This document shows, in pieces, positions 12,195 through 29,470 of a stretch of DNA of 64,000 bases (its first letter is position 1; each line of letters opens with the position of its first letter). The position numbers and the translations under genes are program-made. A model generated the notes under the pieces. The model saw only the letters and a list, made by a program, of their open reading frames with translations. It was not told where the DNA came from and ran no database searches. The stretch is taken from NCBI GenBank assembly GCA_012295275.1, contig CM022675.1:6510001-6574000 (forward strand), written 5' to 3'. The DNA is from Chrysomallon squamiferum. Taxonomy: Eukaryota; Animalia; Mollusca.

Positions 12195-12600
12195 CATTGT
12201 AGAATAGCTGAGAACATCTCCGGTCGAGTTATTCTTGAAGTTTTTCCTAGATAGTTGCAACCATTACAGAATTGTCGTAGTCATTTTAACATTGTCGAAG
12301 GCATTGTGGGACTGTCGAAGTCATCGTTGCATAGTTGAAGGCATTATGAAATTGTCGTGGTCACTGCAGAATAGTCGAAGGCATCATAAAATTGTCGTAG
12401 TCATCGTCGAAAGCTTTTATGGAATTGTCATAGTCATTCTAGGATAGTTGAAGCCACTGCGGATTGTGTTAGTCATTGTAGGATGCTCTACGTCACTGTT
12501 ATCGTCGAAGCCTTCTGGGGTTACTCGATGATATCACAGGATAGTTAAATGCACTGTAGGATAGCTGAAGCTATTAAAGACCATCTCCTGATTCCATAGA
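12195..12600. repeat. Degenerate 20-bp minisatellite
   Basis: CA(T/C)T....AAT(T/A)GTCG(A/T)AG(G/T) units start at 12262, 12282, 12302, 12322, 12342, 12362, 12382. Confidence 0.85.
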
Positions 12601-14552
12601 CAAGCGGAAATCACTGTTTATCGCAGAGATCAGTTTTTCGATAAATAAAGAGAATCTTCAAGTCTTGAAATCTACGTTCTGAATCTTCGGCTGTGTTATC
12701 GCTCTCAAACCTCTGCTGCCTGTTAGCGAGGCATTTAGAAATAAAAACAGGTTTGAAAGCAAATACGAAGCCACGACAATGCTGAGTATGATGTAAAAGT
12801 ACTTGAAAACAGAGAAATCGATAGAAACATCTTCTGAAATGCCGCAGTCTGTGGATGGCAAATTCAGAAGGTTTGGAAGAATAATATGAAACGGTTCTTG
12901 TTGAATGCCTTATATTATTTCAGTGTTTAAATATAAGTTCATAAAGGAAATTCCGTAAATGTTTTTTTTAATAACAATAAAATGAAATAAAGAATTTAAA
13001 AAAACACAAACAAAAGAATGAATAAATAAATTATAAAATAGATATACAGTGAAAAAAAAAAATGAAAATAAGTACAAAATTAAAAATTTAATAAATTAAT
13101 GATATATATATATATATAATCTGATTAATTATAAAAATTAAAATTAAAATAAAAAGTAAATAAACAAATAAACACATAAATAAATAATAAAAGTACAAAC
13201 AAAAATAAAAAAATAAAAAATAAAACTTAAAAATGGGTACAAAATTTAAAGTTCATAAATTAATTAAACATAACATAAACAAATAAATAAATAAATAAAT
13301 AAATTACTAATTATTATTTAACAGAAGGAAAAAAGAAGAAACAAAGAGATGAAAAAAAAGAAGAAATAACTATCATTGATCAGTTAGAAAATGTTCAAGT
13401 GTTTAGAACAAGCTAATTTCAGAAGAAAAAAACCCTGAGGCCAAGCTCTGTCACATCCATACATCAAATTAGAGGATTTATTTTTATTTTTTATTTTTTA
13501 TTTTTTATTTTTTTTTTTTTTTTTTTTTTTTTGTTAAATGAAAGTCCTGCTAATAGACTTAAGGCAAACATCAAAGACAGTTTGTGACGATCCACTACAA
13601 ACAATGAACTTTTCAGTTCTAACCATTGTCATTCCTGACATTTTACATTTCTTATTTTCTCAAGATTAAAAATTAAACAAAATGCAAATTCAGGAAGAAA
13701 TTATTTTTTTTTTTTAATTTTTTTTTTATTTAACTTGTTTCTTTATATTTTTTAAATAATTTGTTGTATTCTGGTGTCCTTACTTGTTTTTTTTTTATAT
13801 TAAATTATTGGTTTTTACACGCATATGTATTTCCATAAACGTACGGATGTATGTATGTATGTGTGTGTGCGTATATCAAAGTATGTATGTTTACGTATGT
13901 ATGCATGAATGTATGTGTATATGTGTAGAGTCAATGTGCATATATAAATATAGTTTTATATATATATATATATATATATTTATTTACTTGTACGTGTGTA
14001 TTTGTGTGTCTTTGTATGTTTGTACGTACATGTACACACATATAAATTATATATCTATATTTAGGGTACAACGAACGTTTATTTTGAAAGGATTAAATTT
14101 TTAAATATTTAACATTTTTGAAAACTTTGAACGTCTGACGTAGAAGTCTGTATTGATACATCGAAGTTCCCAGACATTTTCTGCTCAAAAATTAAAAACC
14201 ATTTACCACATTGCAAACCACCTGCACAACTAATGACTGAAATATTGTAACAAACGGATGTCATGACCATTCGAACCCACGTAATCAAAATACAGACGAA
14301 AACAATTAATATCTTCAAAGAAAAAGAAACGGTGGCCTGAAATCGCTGTTTGTCCCTGAGTGACAATTATGAAAAGGTTTTTCAACTCGTTAGTTTTCGT
14401 TTAAAGGTTTCGACTCAAACTGTTTGTCTGGTGTATCCTGGCTGTTTGTGTTTGTTTGTATCTCGCTGTTACCAGATTTAAAACTTAATTGTCTGCTTGC
14501 CTTGCTGCTACTTGCCTATCTCTCACGTTTTCTGTTTGTTTTTTGTTTTGTT

Positions 14553-14890
<338 letters not shown>

Positions 14891-16129
14891 CCTTCTACCC
14901 AAATAATCTATAATCTATCTATCTTTCTATATATTTGCAAATATATCATCTGCTTGGCTTTCTTTCTTCCTGTCAACAGTATCTGTGTATCTGTGTCGCT
15001 GTCAGTAATTCACCAATCAACCAATCAGATCCATCTGTCTATCCATGTCTATCTGTATCTGTCAGTCAGTCAGTGCATCTATCAATCTATAATCTATACA
15101 CGCTAGCAATCAGTCATTCAAATGGATATGTATGTACGCTCATGTGTCTGCTTATAAATCTTTTATCTTTCTGTTTCTTCCTCTGTTTGTACATAAACTA
15201 TTTTCGGTCTAGCTGCTTGCATGTACGTGCGTCTGACAGTCTGTCTGTTTTTATTTTCTTTACGAGTGTTGGAAAGCTCACTTTGATAAAAAGATCTCTT
15301 ACTGAGTTATTTTTCCAATACTAACAGTAAATACCAAGACGAAGAACAAGAAAAACAGATCAAGAAAAAAAAAAAAATGTAAGATATTAAACTGCACACC
15401 AGAAAGCTTGTATTTAGAAGCTATTCTTTTGGCTTTGTGTACAGAAATGTATTTTCTAAGAGGACAGGACCTGACTGTATATACCTGTGCAAGCTAAAGG
15501 GTTTAAGATGAATTACATTTCACGGCTTACTGTCAACGTTTGACACGTTGAAATTGTCGATGCCGGAGTCGTTACAACATGCTGACCTGCACTGTAGCAA
15601 GGAATAAAAAACAACAAAAAAACGAGTGATTTTTTTTGAGTTAACGATTTCTTAAATCAAAGATCAGTTCGGGGAAATTTGTCACCAGGAATCGAATGAC
15701 GTCACAAGATCTAATCTTATGATGAATTATAGCTGATTTGATTCAGATACTGCCAGTCTGTTGAAATTTACATAGCCCGCGTAAAAAAGATATGTTGCTA
15801 ATGTAAAGAAATAAAGTTAATATTATATCTAGTGTAATTCAAATACTGCCAGTCTTTTGAAATAATATATTCGCATAAAACGAAATAATGCTAACGTAAT
15901 AAAATATGGTCATTGTTTAAAAATATGAATAATGCAATAAAATATAATTATATTATATAAATATAAAGATTTATGGCCAATATAATGTAATATAAATGCG
16001 ATGTATAGATTGTCTGATGTTGAATGATTAGTGAAATAAAGATAATAAAATTATGATTGTTACGACTAGTTATCTAAATACATCTAATATGAAATGTATT
16101 TTAATAAAAAATACATTTCATATTAGATA

Positions 16130-16960
16130 TAACGAAACATGGGCTATTTAGGGTAATATAGCTAATGTGAAATAGCTGTCATAATGGAATAAAATAATAT
16201 AATAAAATCTGGCTGTTTAATAAAACTAATCATGGGCTAAAATATGGTAATGAAATATAGATAGCTGAATATAATAAAATATACCTAATCTGATGAAATC
16301 AAACTAAATCTAAAATGTGCCTAATGAATTGGAATGAAATATAGATGTAATTAAATATAGCTAATATAATGAAATATATAATACAATTAAATATAGCTAA
16401 TATAAATTATAATGAAATATACCTAATATAATGAAATATAACTAATATAATGAAATATAACTAATATAATGAAATATAACTAATATAATGAAATATGCCT
16501 AATATAATGAAATATAGCTAATTTAATGAAATGTAGCTAATATGGTGTAATATAACCTATCTGGTAAACTACAGCAAATATAAAGAAATACATATTATGA
16601 AAATATAATGAAATATAGCTAATATAATGAAATATAACTATATAATGAAATATAACTGATATGATGAAATATAACTAATATAATGAAATATAGCTAATAT
16701 AAAATATAACTAATAATAAAAATATCTAATATAATGAAATATAGACGATATAAATGAATTATAGCTGAAACGATGGAACATAGCTAATATTAAGAAGATA
16801 ATATAAAATAATTTTAGTACTCTGAAACACAGTTAATTTGATAAGATACATGACTCATTGAATTAAAAATAGCATAACAAAATGTAGCAAATGTGGTGAA
16901 ATATAGCTAATACTACTGAAATATAACCACTGTACCGAAATATAGCAATATAATGAAATA
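16130..16960. repeat. 19-bp AT-rich minisatellite, homogeneous core with degenerate flanks
   Basis: Unit AATATAATGAAATATA(G/A)CT, clearest at ~16370-16740. Confidence 0.9.
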
Positions 16961-17014
16961 ATGATTATGATGATGATGATGTTAAAAATAATGATGATAG
17001 TAGTAGTAGTAGGT

Positions 17015-17059
<45 letters not shown>

Positions 17060-17429
17060 ATAATAATAATAATAACAAGAATAACAAAAAAATAAAAAAA
17101 AAGTAAAAAAAAAATTTAAAAATTTCTCGTGAAGGAAATTAACAATTTCATGAAGGAAAAGAAGGTGCGTGAAGGAAAACAGGAAAAAGTGGTGAAACAG
17201 AAGAAGAAAAAAAAATCAAGAAGAAGATGGAAGAAAAATAATTTCATTTTGTTTTTAACAATTTAATAAAAAAAAATTATGCCAAAATCCTTTATGGGAA
17301 AATATATTACTTTATGTTACTTTATACCAAACCTGAGTAACAGTTGTAACTTACTGGTTATGCATGTCAGACCTCAACATTAAAAACCTTTAATGTCCAA
17401 GCATTAGGTTATTTCCCATTCTAACTAGC

Positions 17430-17610
17430 TGGCTTACCAAGCGCCATGGTATGTGTCGTCATGTAAAGGCAGGCCTCATTTATAATATTCCTTTCGATTA
17501 ATCGATCTAAATAGTATGGGGCAGCGGGTTTCTTCTCTGATTATCTCAGATCATTATTAGATATGAAATATACGGTTGATATATGATCCTGAAACGTAAT
17601 AAAACTTTGT
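17430..17610 (+). mobile_element. Probable degraded SINE body/tail (molluscan Meta-type SINE-like)
   Basis: Ordered motifs GGTATGTG...TATAA...TAATCGA...GCAGCGGGTTTCTTCTCT...AATAAAAC resemble a gastropod SINE as I recall it. Not verified by search. Confidence 0.4.
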
Positions 17611-19191
17611 TTTATTTCTTAACGACATTAAAACTAATTTACTGCACTCAGACTTCTTAACTAAAGTTTTTTTTTTTGTTTTTTTATCTCGTCGATTAGT
17701 TACAGACGTCTTTGAAGATAAATAACAGTTCTTTCTGTTGTTGCTTTTTTTAATGTTTTTTTTTGTTGATTTTTTTTTTTTTTATATATTTTTAGGTTTT
17801 TTTTACCCACTACAGTGTATCAAAAGCTATTTATTAAGTGCGCTTAAGTATCGTACCGTGTTTTCAACGGATAAAAAAAAAAGAAATCCGAGACAAATCG
17901 AATTTAAGAGTCATCAATTTACGCAAAGTGTCTGAAGAACGCATTAGACAATGTGTAAAAAAACCATGAAAGTAAATTAAATTGTTTACAGTGAGTGAGA
18001 GAGAACTGGCCACGTGGAACTAGGATCAGCGATATATATATAAAGAATTTAATTTAGACACACACACACACACACAGACAGATATTTACATACATATATC
18101 GATTTATTTTTATATTAATTATTTATTTATTTATATTCGTGTACGTACATGTATGTGTATGTGTGTGTGTATACACACATATACACACATCTACAATATA
18201 TAAACACAGTTTACAGACAATCACAAAAGACAGAATTACAAACGGACACACTGATTAAGACTCAAATAATATTAGAAAAACTACTTGTATTTAAATTTTC
18301 ATTCAAAACTTTAATACACGTACATTCTTAAACGAGCCAGGCAAAAAGTTTTATTTGATAAAATCGATTCAGTCCGTTTCCAGTTTAGTGTAGTTGACTG
18401 TTAGGAAAGTATTCTCCTTCCAGTATTTCCAGTCTACGTTCAGACAGATCTTCGCTTACGACACGCAGTTTTAAATGCTATATTCTTTACAGAGATTATT
18501 ATTTTCACTTACGGCGTTTTAATAATCGATCTGCAAGCGATGGATTATTATCTACATAACGTTTTTTGTTTTTAAACCTAATCGATAATTTAATCGATTA
18601 AGTTGTTAGCAGACTCATCTCTAACATGGTTCAGTAAGTTTGAATAATTTTGGTTTATTATTAATTTAAAAAAATAACAAATAATAATAATGTTGCTATT
18701 CTCGTCTAATAGACATTTCATAAATGAGAATATGTTTGTGGAAACTATCATCTCGCTAGATTTGATAATATTGTTGTTAATAAATTAGTAAAGTAGGATA
18801 GTAGGATAATTTGGATTTGAATGGTGTGAAATGCTCCATTTTTTATTAATGCCATTTTTTTTTTCTTCTTTAAATTCTTGTGGGTTAATAATAAAATGAA
18901 ATCAAAATAGAAAGTGAAGAGAATAGAAACCATGCAATATTCATACATCCATTCATTTATATATGCAGACATACACACACACACACACACATACACACAC
19001 ACACACATACACACACTCACAAATACATAAATACACTCATACGTATATATATACATACATACATACACACACATACATACATTCACAAATACATATATAT
19101 ATATATATAAATACATAAACACACACAAATACATACATATATACATTATACATACGTACATACATACATACATACATACATACACAAATAC

Positions 19192-19242
<51 letters not shown>

Positions 19243-19402
19243 CCTATATATATATATATATATATACATACAATCACACTATATCTTACTCGTACCAGTA
19301 ACCATGCACAAACACATTCATGAACAGCAGGCATACAACAGAGTGAAAGAAAAAGAAAATTATAATAAATAAACCTTTTATCTATGTCCAGTATAATATA
19401 TG

Positions 19403-20200
<798 letters not shown>

Positions 20201-20571
20201 AAGGATAAAATTTAGAGGGGAAACCAAAACTGCTAAGTTGTAAAATACTGATGTAAGTCCGGAATAGTCCACCATTAAACTTATCTTTGTGTTTCCCGTT
20301 CCAGTCAGAACCCGCTAGTGATTTATCAAAAAACATTATATTTGTATTTAATTTCCTATCTGCGAGAGATATCATTCTGCTAATAATAATAATAATAACA
20401 ATAGTAGTAGTAGTAGTAGTAGTAGTAATTGTTTTAGTAATTAGTATTATCATAATAATAGTAATAGTAATTATTATTATAATCACAGCAGTAGTATTAG
20501 TTGTTTTTTTGTAATAATAATAATAATAGCAATAAGAATATTCGTAGTAGTAGTAAAATCAATATAAAATA

Positions 20572-20606
<35 letters not shown>

Positions 20607-21646
20607 TTAATAATAATAATATCAATAAGTATAATAATAATTTAACAATGACGACAACAAGAATAATAATAAGAAAAACACTAACAACAATAACTCTAAT
20701 CACAATAACAATAGCACTAAAAGTAACAAAATATAAAACAAAAAACTAGCAGTCTGTCACGTTATGGACATACGTTTTTTTCTCTTCATTTTTCATGTTT
20801 CAGTACATACGTAATTTACAGCCGTGGTTTTAAAAAATGATTTTGAGTACGTCCGTTAATTGTGACTTTTCTTACTTCCTTATTTCTCAGACAGATAAAG
20901 ATCGTTCATCGTGTTTTGCCTGTTTTCCAGTCTCAGATAGTTTTGTCTTTACTATTTTACGATTTTTATGGAACTGTGAACGTTAATAACGAACGTATTG
21001 TCTGTACAATATATACAATGTATGTAGTTGAACAGAGAAATACGTAAAATATTGTGACTATTATTATTACCGTTATATATAATGGTAAAGCTTTTGTCAT
21101 ATGTTAGTTTTTGTGTAGAAAAGAACAAAAGAATAAGGGTAGATGTTGATGCTGATGATGATGGTGATGATGATCTGATGATGCTGCTGATGATGATAAT
21201 GATGATGATAGTATTAATAATAATACAGAATTATTAGTAGAAGAGTTAGCAGCAGTAGTAATGGTTGCAATAACACAACAGTTGTAGTAGCAGTATCAGT
21301 AGCAGCAGTAGTAGCAGTAGTAGTAGCAGTAATACTATTAATAATGATATGTAATGATGATGAAGAAGAAAGAGAAATAAAAATGAAATGTTAAAGCAGA
21401 AATAATTTTACATTGGGTCAAAGAAAAACATGAGAACGTGTTTATAAAAGTTTCTAGGTAAAATTCAAAATAATTAAATAATTTACATTGATGAATAAAA
21501 TAAGAGGCGAATAAATAATAAATAAAATATTAAAAAATAAATAAAATAAAATAAAACAAAACGAAACGAAACATGTAAAACAAAAATAAATAAAGACTAA
21601 AACAAATAAAATAAATGAACATAAAATTAAATGTATAAATAAAATT

Positions 21647-21737
<91 letters not shown>

Positions 21738-22755
21738 CATATATGCATATATATATACACATATATACATATATATTTTTAAATATACATATATAAATTA
21801 TAAATAAATAACGAAATAAAAAGAAATAAAACATTAAATAAATGAATATATTGGGGTCTTTCTTAAATTTCACTCAATTAACCGGTTCATATACAATATC
21901 ACTAAACAATATCAAAACGTACATACCTGTTGCCTATATCAATGAAACGGTTCCGTATTAATATTTAAAAAAAATAAAATAAAATAAATAAAACATTTCG
22001 AAACAGTTAAATTAAATTTTGTCATTCAGTGGAATCCATGAATTAAAAACACTAGATTTATCTCCCTTTAAAGAACGCTCCTTGATTTCAAAATATAAAC
22101 ATTTCTTTGAAACTTTCGAATGTTCGATTTTAATAATATTTTTCTTCTTTCTTTCTTTTTTGTTTCTTTCTTTTTTTTGTCTTTCTACAAAACAGCTACA
22201 AACATCAATAATAAAAAAAATAACATTCACTAATGTTTATCGTATTTGTTCCTGTAAAAAAAAAAAAAAAAACCAAACATGTTTTTATAAGCTGCTGCTC
22301 AATATCTACAGTCTATAACGACCGGTTTGTTTTTGCGTCTGCCTCTGTTGTTCAAGGAGAGAAATGTGACAGAAATGCATGCTGGGATTACGCGCTAAAC
22401 AAGATCGTAACCGCGCAATCAATAATCGCTGATGTTTTATTGGCTTCTGGCTTGACGCCACCCACAGCGCATGTCTGTCGAAGCACGTGCTGGGTAAGCT
22501 GCATGCGCTGTCGCATGCACGTTGTCAGAAATATCCAAACTGTCCAAACTTTGAAGAAAAAAATCGCGTAGATTATTCCGAGTGTATTTTTAGTTTATAA
22601 ACTGTTCGTGTCTGGAAATTTGTTATGTCCGTATTCTGTGGAAATCTCAACATTATAAATAGATGTTTGCACTTTTTGCTTTGTTTTTTTTTTTTATTTA
22701 TTTATTTATTTTTTATTTTATTTACAGTTTTTTAAATTATTATTATTACTATTAC

Positions 22756-22843
<88 letters not shown>

Positions 22844-23109
22844 GTTGTTGTTATTATTATTATTTTCTTAATGAAGACACAAAGGACCCATATTTATGAA
22901 GCTATATTTTTTACAGCAAATGTAAAATGATTTTAAATGAAAAAGATTGAAAAATAGAAAGAAAGAATGAAGGAGCTGGGTACAGAGATGTTTAGAGTGG
23001 GTGAAAAATTTAAAGAGACGAAAAAAAGAAAAAGTGTTGGAAAGACAGAAAGAAAAGACTATTGATAGTGTGAGATTGAGAGAGTCAGTTAAAGACACAG
23101 ATATATAGT

Positions 23110-23182
<73 letters not shown>

Positions 23183-23914
23183 ACACACACACACACACAC
23201 ACACACATTACAACAAAACATGAAGAAAACGAGTTTCTCCAGAGCACACCGCCCACCACGTTAACAATCAGACTCACATCTTTTAATGACGTATCACCTT
23301 TTCCTTTGTCTTTCTTTTTTTCTTTTCTTTTTCTTTGTTCCCCACACAAATTACAGAAACTCGCATGTCTGTTGTCGACAGGGCTGGTGTCAACATCGAC
23401 GTGACCTTGGTGTTACGTTGCACGTAAGACTTCGGAATTACCACGGCGTCAACGTCAACCACGCAATTTCATCTGTGGTTAATGAATTCTCGCACAGAAC
23501 ACAAAAGACGTAATTACCCGTGCAGCAAAACTATTGTGTTTTTTTGTTTTGTTTTGTTTTTTTTGTTTTTTCGGAAGAACATCATTTTCCAAAAGGCGAT
23601 GCCAATGTGAAAAAAAAAAAAAAAAAAAAAAAAAACAATTATTAAAACTTCTAATTGTTTAATTCACAGAAGCTGCTTTGCGCACGAGAGAAAACAAAAG
23701 GCACGACAAACAGACAAACAGACTACTCAGGCGACGGCACAAGAATGAGAAAAGATCAGCAGGTATTTACGGAGGCTAATGTGTGGCGGAGAACAATCAG
23801 CTATTTTTCAATTAATAATTGTATATGTTTATATACACACACCCACCTATATACATCATTACACCCACATGCTAGCGCGAGTTCTTTACCATACACACAC
23901 ACACACACACAGAT

Positions 23915-24004
<90 letters not shown>

Positions 24005-27000
24005 ATTCAAGTACATGTTTGTAAATGTTCACGTATAAAACGTATAAACAAAAGAAATGATGTTTATTTAAGGACAGCTCATACCATTTCTACTGTTTGT
24101 ACAAAAGAAATACATATTTTGTCATTTATTCTCTTTGTACATGTGTACATATTTTATGATCTTGACTGTTTGTACATTTCTCTACTTCAGTGCATAGCAT
24201 TTGTACAGATTGTACATTTGTAACATTTATGCAGACTAAGTTTGTACACACATTTCATAACATTTGCAGTTTGTTCATTTGTACACTTCAGTGCACAGTA
24301 TTCTATAATGACAAAATACAAAACATATTCTTACGGATTAGCGGTAATGTGTCTTTATTATGCACCTTCCCATAAACAGAAGAACAATAACCGCCGTTCA
24401 TTGACAACAGACTGGAATATGACATAAATCAATCTTAGCACTGCCAATAATTGATCCCGCAAACCATCATTCATCTTACACAAACACACAACCCTCTTAT
24501 CTCAAAACACGAGTAATACGTGTCTTTCTTTTTTTTTTTTTTTTTTTTTTTCACACTTTAAAAACAGATGTTTTGTAAACTGAAGCCAAGGCTGCAGTGC
24601 AGGTATTCCGCAAACACGCAGAATCTGACGCACTGTTTACGTGATAAGTCGCATACTCATCTTTTAAGGAATTTATTTTTCAAGTCGTATTCTCTGACAC
24701 ACTGATGGTGTAGGTATCCGACACAGAAACTTAGCGTCTTAAGTCTCTCTGCAAATACTGCTGGTCACGGAGTTCGTGTTTAGAAAAAATCAGTAAGTTT
24801 TCGTCTTAGAGAAACGATTGAGGTAACGAATACAGAACGGGTTATTGCACAGTGTCGGCTCTTTCTATGGAAGTATTGCGATGTTTTTGTCTGCGAGTGT
24901 TTTCACTTGACACTTGAGTAAACAGATAAAGAATACCCCTGCTGATAAAAAACAAGCAAAACAGTTGTTAAACCGACTCCGAGACTAAGACTGGTGTTTA
25001 GAGCTGATGATTAAGTATCTGATTTAGTTCTGTAATAAATATTTTTAGTTTAACTGCTTTGAAACATATAGAGATAAGTACATACCGTAAGTATATAATT
25101 CATATAACATACATATACACACATATACGCACGCATACAAATATAAATATACAAACACATAAACATATTCATACATACATACATACATTCATACCACACA
25201 TAAATATACATATAATACATACACATACATAAAATACATAAATACATAAATACATACATACATACATTTGTACACATCCATATACGTATCCATACATACA
25301 TACACACACAAGTACATACATACATATATACACATTGATATACACATTTTTTGTAGATACATACATACATACATACATACATACATTTATACACGTACAC
25401 AAACAACATAATAGATAGATAAATACATACATACCGTAAATAAATACATACATCACACATACATACAGCATTATTTTAACGTTGTCTTGGTGACTGAAAC
25501 GTCGCCGGCGAATGGGACTTATATGGGTTCGTTCGAGTCTCGTCAAAGGCATCTGACGGGTTTGTGAGGTCGTGATTGGACTTTGTCCTCCTGCGCCAGT
25601 GAATTTCGAAAGTTGTCTATATACAGAGTGGAATTAGACTTACGTAACATAATAAATTTTTGATTCCTAAATACCTACAAACAGATGCACGCACATTCCT
25701 CCCCACACATAATATACCTATCTACTTACCTATCTACGTACATACATACGTAGAAAGATTAAATGTATGAAGAGCTCACAACAAACACACAGAAACACAC
25801 ACGCAGAAGCTGCATCTCGTGAACTCACAGCAGCATAACAGAGCCGCTCTGAAAACATCAATAGAATTCTCACCGTTTCAAAATACCAGACATTCCACTC
25901 TAAGCACAGATTCTGTTGACAAATATGCGCAGAAAGCAAACACGGGTAATAACAGGATCTCGTAAAACGCAAGCAGAGAATTGTCTTTAGTACCAAAACA
26001 CGTCGATAGAATGCGCTCGGTGAAAAAAAACAACAAAAAACACACAAAAAACGTGCTTTTTATGCACGTCAATTTTTCTATTGTCAAAAGCTCGTGATTT
26101 GTGTGTACGAAACGAAATAGCGAGAAAACGTTTGCGATGGATCATAAAAGAAAGAGCACTCAAAACGTAAACATGTTATTTGTCTTGCACTTCCAGAGTT
26201 TTCCTTATCGTTTTTTTATAATTTTTTTATTCTTCTTCTCGATTTCGCTTACAGTTGAAAAAGAGACAGATACAGAGTAATGAGAAGCACATTTGATGAA
26301 AATATGGATGATGATGATGATGATGATGATGTTTAGAAAAGAATCATCACAGATGCTGTGCTGCGCATTTAATTTTTTTTTTTTTTTTTACTTGTGTTCA
26401 GAATAATTGTTGTCTTCTTTTTGTGTATGAATGAATGAATGAATAAATAAATAAAAAATAAAATAAAATAACTGAATGAATAAATAAATAAATAAATAAC
26501 TGAAGGAAATAATAAATAAATAAATAATAAATAAAACAACGACAATAACAACAACAATAGCAACAGCAACAGTAATATCAACAACAACAACAATAATAAA
26601 AAAATTAATAAAAATATAATGATAATGAAAAAAAAAATATATGTATAAAACATATATATATATATATAAATCTAGACCTTCCATGACTGAAGTGAGAAAA
26701 ATACATTTGAAAAAAATATATATTCTTCAAAGATAATCTTGTTAATGTAAGTAAAAAAAGAAAAAGTATCTAAGGAATTCATTTTTGTCACGATACTGAC
26801 TTTGAAATGGTAACCTTTAAAATTCAATATATCACAAAAAGATCATGTGTACAACACAATAACAAAGCAAGGCAAAAGAGGCTTTTCTGCTTTCTTAATT
26901 TAGCCAATCAACACGCCTGAAATAATTACCTCTGTTTCTCATTACGTTACCGGAAATAAATGCGGTCATTAGTTATGTTTTTGAAAATATATGTCGTTGG

Positions 27001-27885
27001 TAGAGGGATTTTTAATTTTTTTTATTATTATTATTATTTTTTTTTTTTTATCAACTGTTAGTTAATTCCAAAATGCACTTTATTATTGAAAATGTTGTTT
27101 TTATTTTTGTTTGTAAGGATATTTTGAGTATTAAACTGAAAAGGCGTACTGAATGCCCGTGTACATGCTAATAGGAAGTTATTATTTGCAGCTGATTGCG
27201 TTTATAGAAAAAGAGGTAATTGATTTGGCGGCCATATTAGTAATTATATTATGTTCGATCGACAACAGATCTGTTACGAACTGTCACTGTAGTCGTTAGA
27301 GAGAAAGAAAACAATTATTATTTTTCGTTTTTATTTGTTATTATTATTATTTTTGTGTTTGTTTTGTTTGTTTTTTTTTAGTTATTTTCGCTTATTATTA
27401 TTAGTTTTTTAAATTATACTAATACTATTAATACCATTACTGCAACTGTTACTGCTATTGCTACTACTATTAATACTATAACAACTACTGCTACTACTAG
27501 GACTACTACTACTGCTTAAAGTAGTAATAGCAGTGGTTGTAGTATAGTAGTAAGTCTGTTAGTAGTTTTAGAGATGGTGTTGGTGGCGTTGTCGTCGTAG
27601 TAGTAGAAATAGTATCAGTGATGGCAACAACAACTATTAATACTTGAAATGAAATACGTCTCCAGCAACGAATATAACAACAACAACAACCACAATTCCT
27701 ATTACAACTACTACTTCTTTTAACACTAAGAGCAGTACTACTACAAATACTACTACAATTATTACTACTGACACTACTTCCAAAGCGATATTAAATTCTC
27801 CTTCTAAAATTAAATAAATAAATAATAAAATAAAATAAAATAAAATGAATGAATGAATGAATGAATGAATGAATGAATGAATGAA

Positions 27886-27916
<31 letters not shown>

Positions 27917-29435
27917 AATAAAATAAAATAAAATAAAATAAAATAAAAATAAAAATAAATAAACATTATCGTCATCTTCTTTTCACCAGTATCATGTGGT
28001 CATTTTGTCTCCGTAAAAGTAACTGTTTGTAAACTTAAACAATCTTTAGAAGAAAACCGAGTTTTAAATATTCAATAAACTGATAACATACATCAGTACA
28101 TAACAATGCCATTTCCAACAACAACGTTCCCAAGACAGTGAAGATTCAGTTTCAGTATCCATTCACCGTAAATAAAACAAAATAAACAATCATCCACATG
28201 AAACTCGTGCACAGAAACACGAGGGGAACCTCAGATAACGACTGGATTGTAGTAAAGTGATAACATTAGCATACACATGACATTTGTGGTATTATAAACC
28301 AATTACGAGGCCACAACATTGATGACTTCTATTATTTTACTAGTTAAATATTCCAGTATAATTGTTTGTGTTTAGCTGCAACGAGTCTTTGAATACGTCC
28401 AAAGATCACGGTTCTAGATGTAGGCGCTGTTCTGTTGTGATCGGTTTTGAGTCGTTTTAAGATCCGTGAATCTGGTTCTTCTGTATCCACAAACGATCGT
28501 TTATTTATTTGTTTCATCTGTTTCTGTTTCTTACACCTTTTTGTTCCAAAATTTCCTGGTTTATTTCCTTTTCGTTTATTTAAAGCCGTGGTTGGTACTT
28601 TCCTGGTTTTAGCTGAGAAAGGGGTTAACCAGTCCGTGTCAGCAGAAACTTTTCTCTGTCATTTTACTGGTTGTAAAATGCTACATTTGTTTGCATTGCC
28701 GTTATTGTCTAGTGGAATGCCGGTATCTGTCTGTCTGTCTCTTTCTGTCTCTGTCTCTTTTTTATCTCTCAATCTCTCAATGATTTGAAACACACCATAT
28801 CGTATTTAGACTACAAGGTTATTTAAAATAATAATAATAATAATGAGAAAAAGAAGAAAAGAAGAAGAAGAAGAAGAAGAAGAAGAAGAAGAAGAAGAAG
28901 AAAATCAACTACAATAAGAACATCAACAACATCACCAAACAACAAAATAACATACAAAATGTCAAACAAAGAAATAAAGAAACAGATGATGAACGTAACA
29001 GGAACGAACAGAAACGTTTGTTCAAAGCTGTTAGCGCAGAACGTGTTACCTGCCGCACCAGAAAGACACGCGTCAATTTGAACCTTCCCTTCTGTCTGTC
29101 ATCTCATGGGACACGCGAGACTTTGTCAGCACCACGGCTTTCACGCTTTCACTTCCACAGCCAGTGATTTACGCTGAAACGGCCAGCACTTCGTTCGTTC
29201 GTGTGTGTTGGTATTGTTTAAACATTCGTTCAGTCAGTTCAAACGATTAGGCCATTACAACCATCGCTTAGCGTAATTGGTCGATATACTTTCACTTAAA
29301 TGGTCGCATAACCGCTGACGTTTTTTTTTAAAATAAAAAACAACAACAAAAAAACATGCACGACAAAAGTAAATTAAAACAAAATGAAACAAAATGGAAA
29401 AATAAATAAATAAATAATATAATAATAAAAATTCA

Positions 29436-29470
<35 letters not shown>

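Noticed and set aside
29126-29137. TCAGCACCACGG resembling the left part of an RE1/NRSE site
   Set aside because: The right half (GGACAG) is absent, and REST/RE1 regulation is established mainly in vertebrates.
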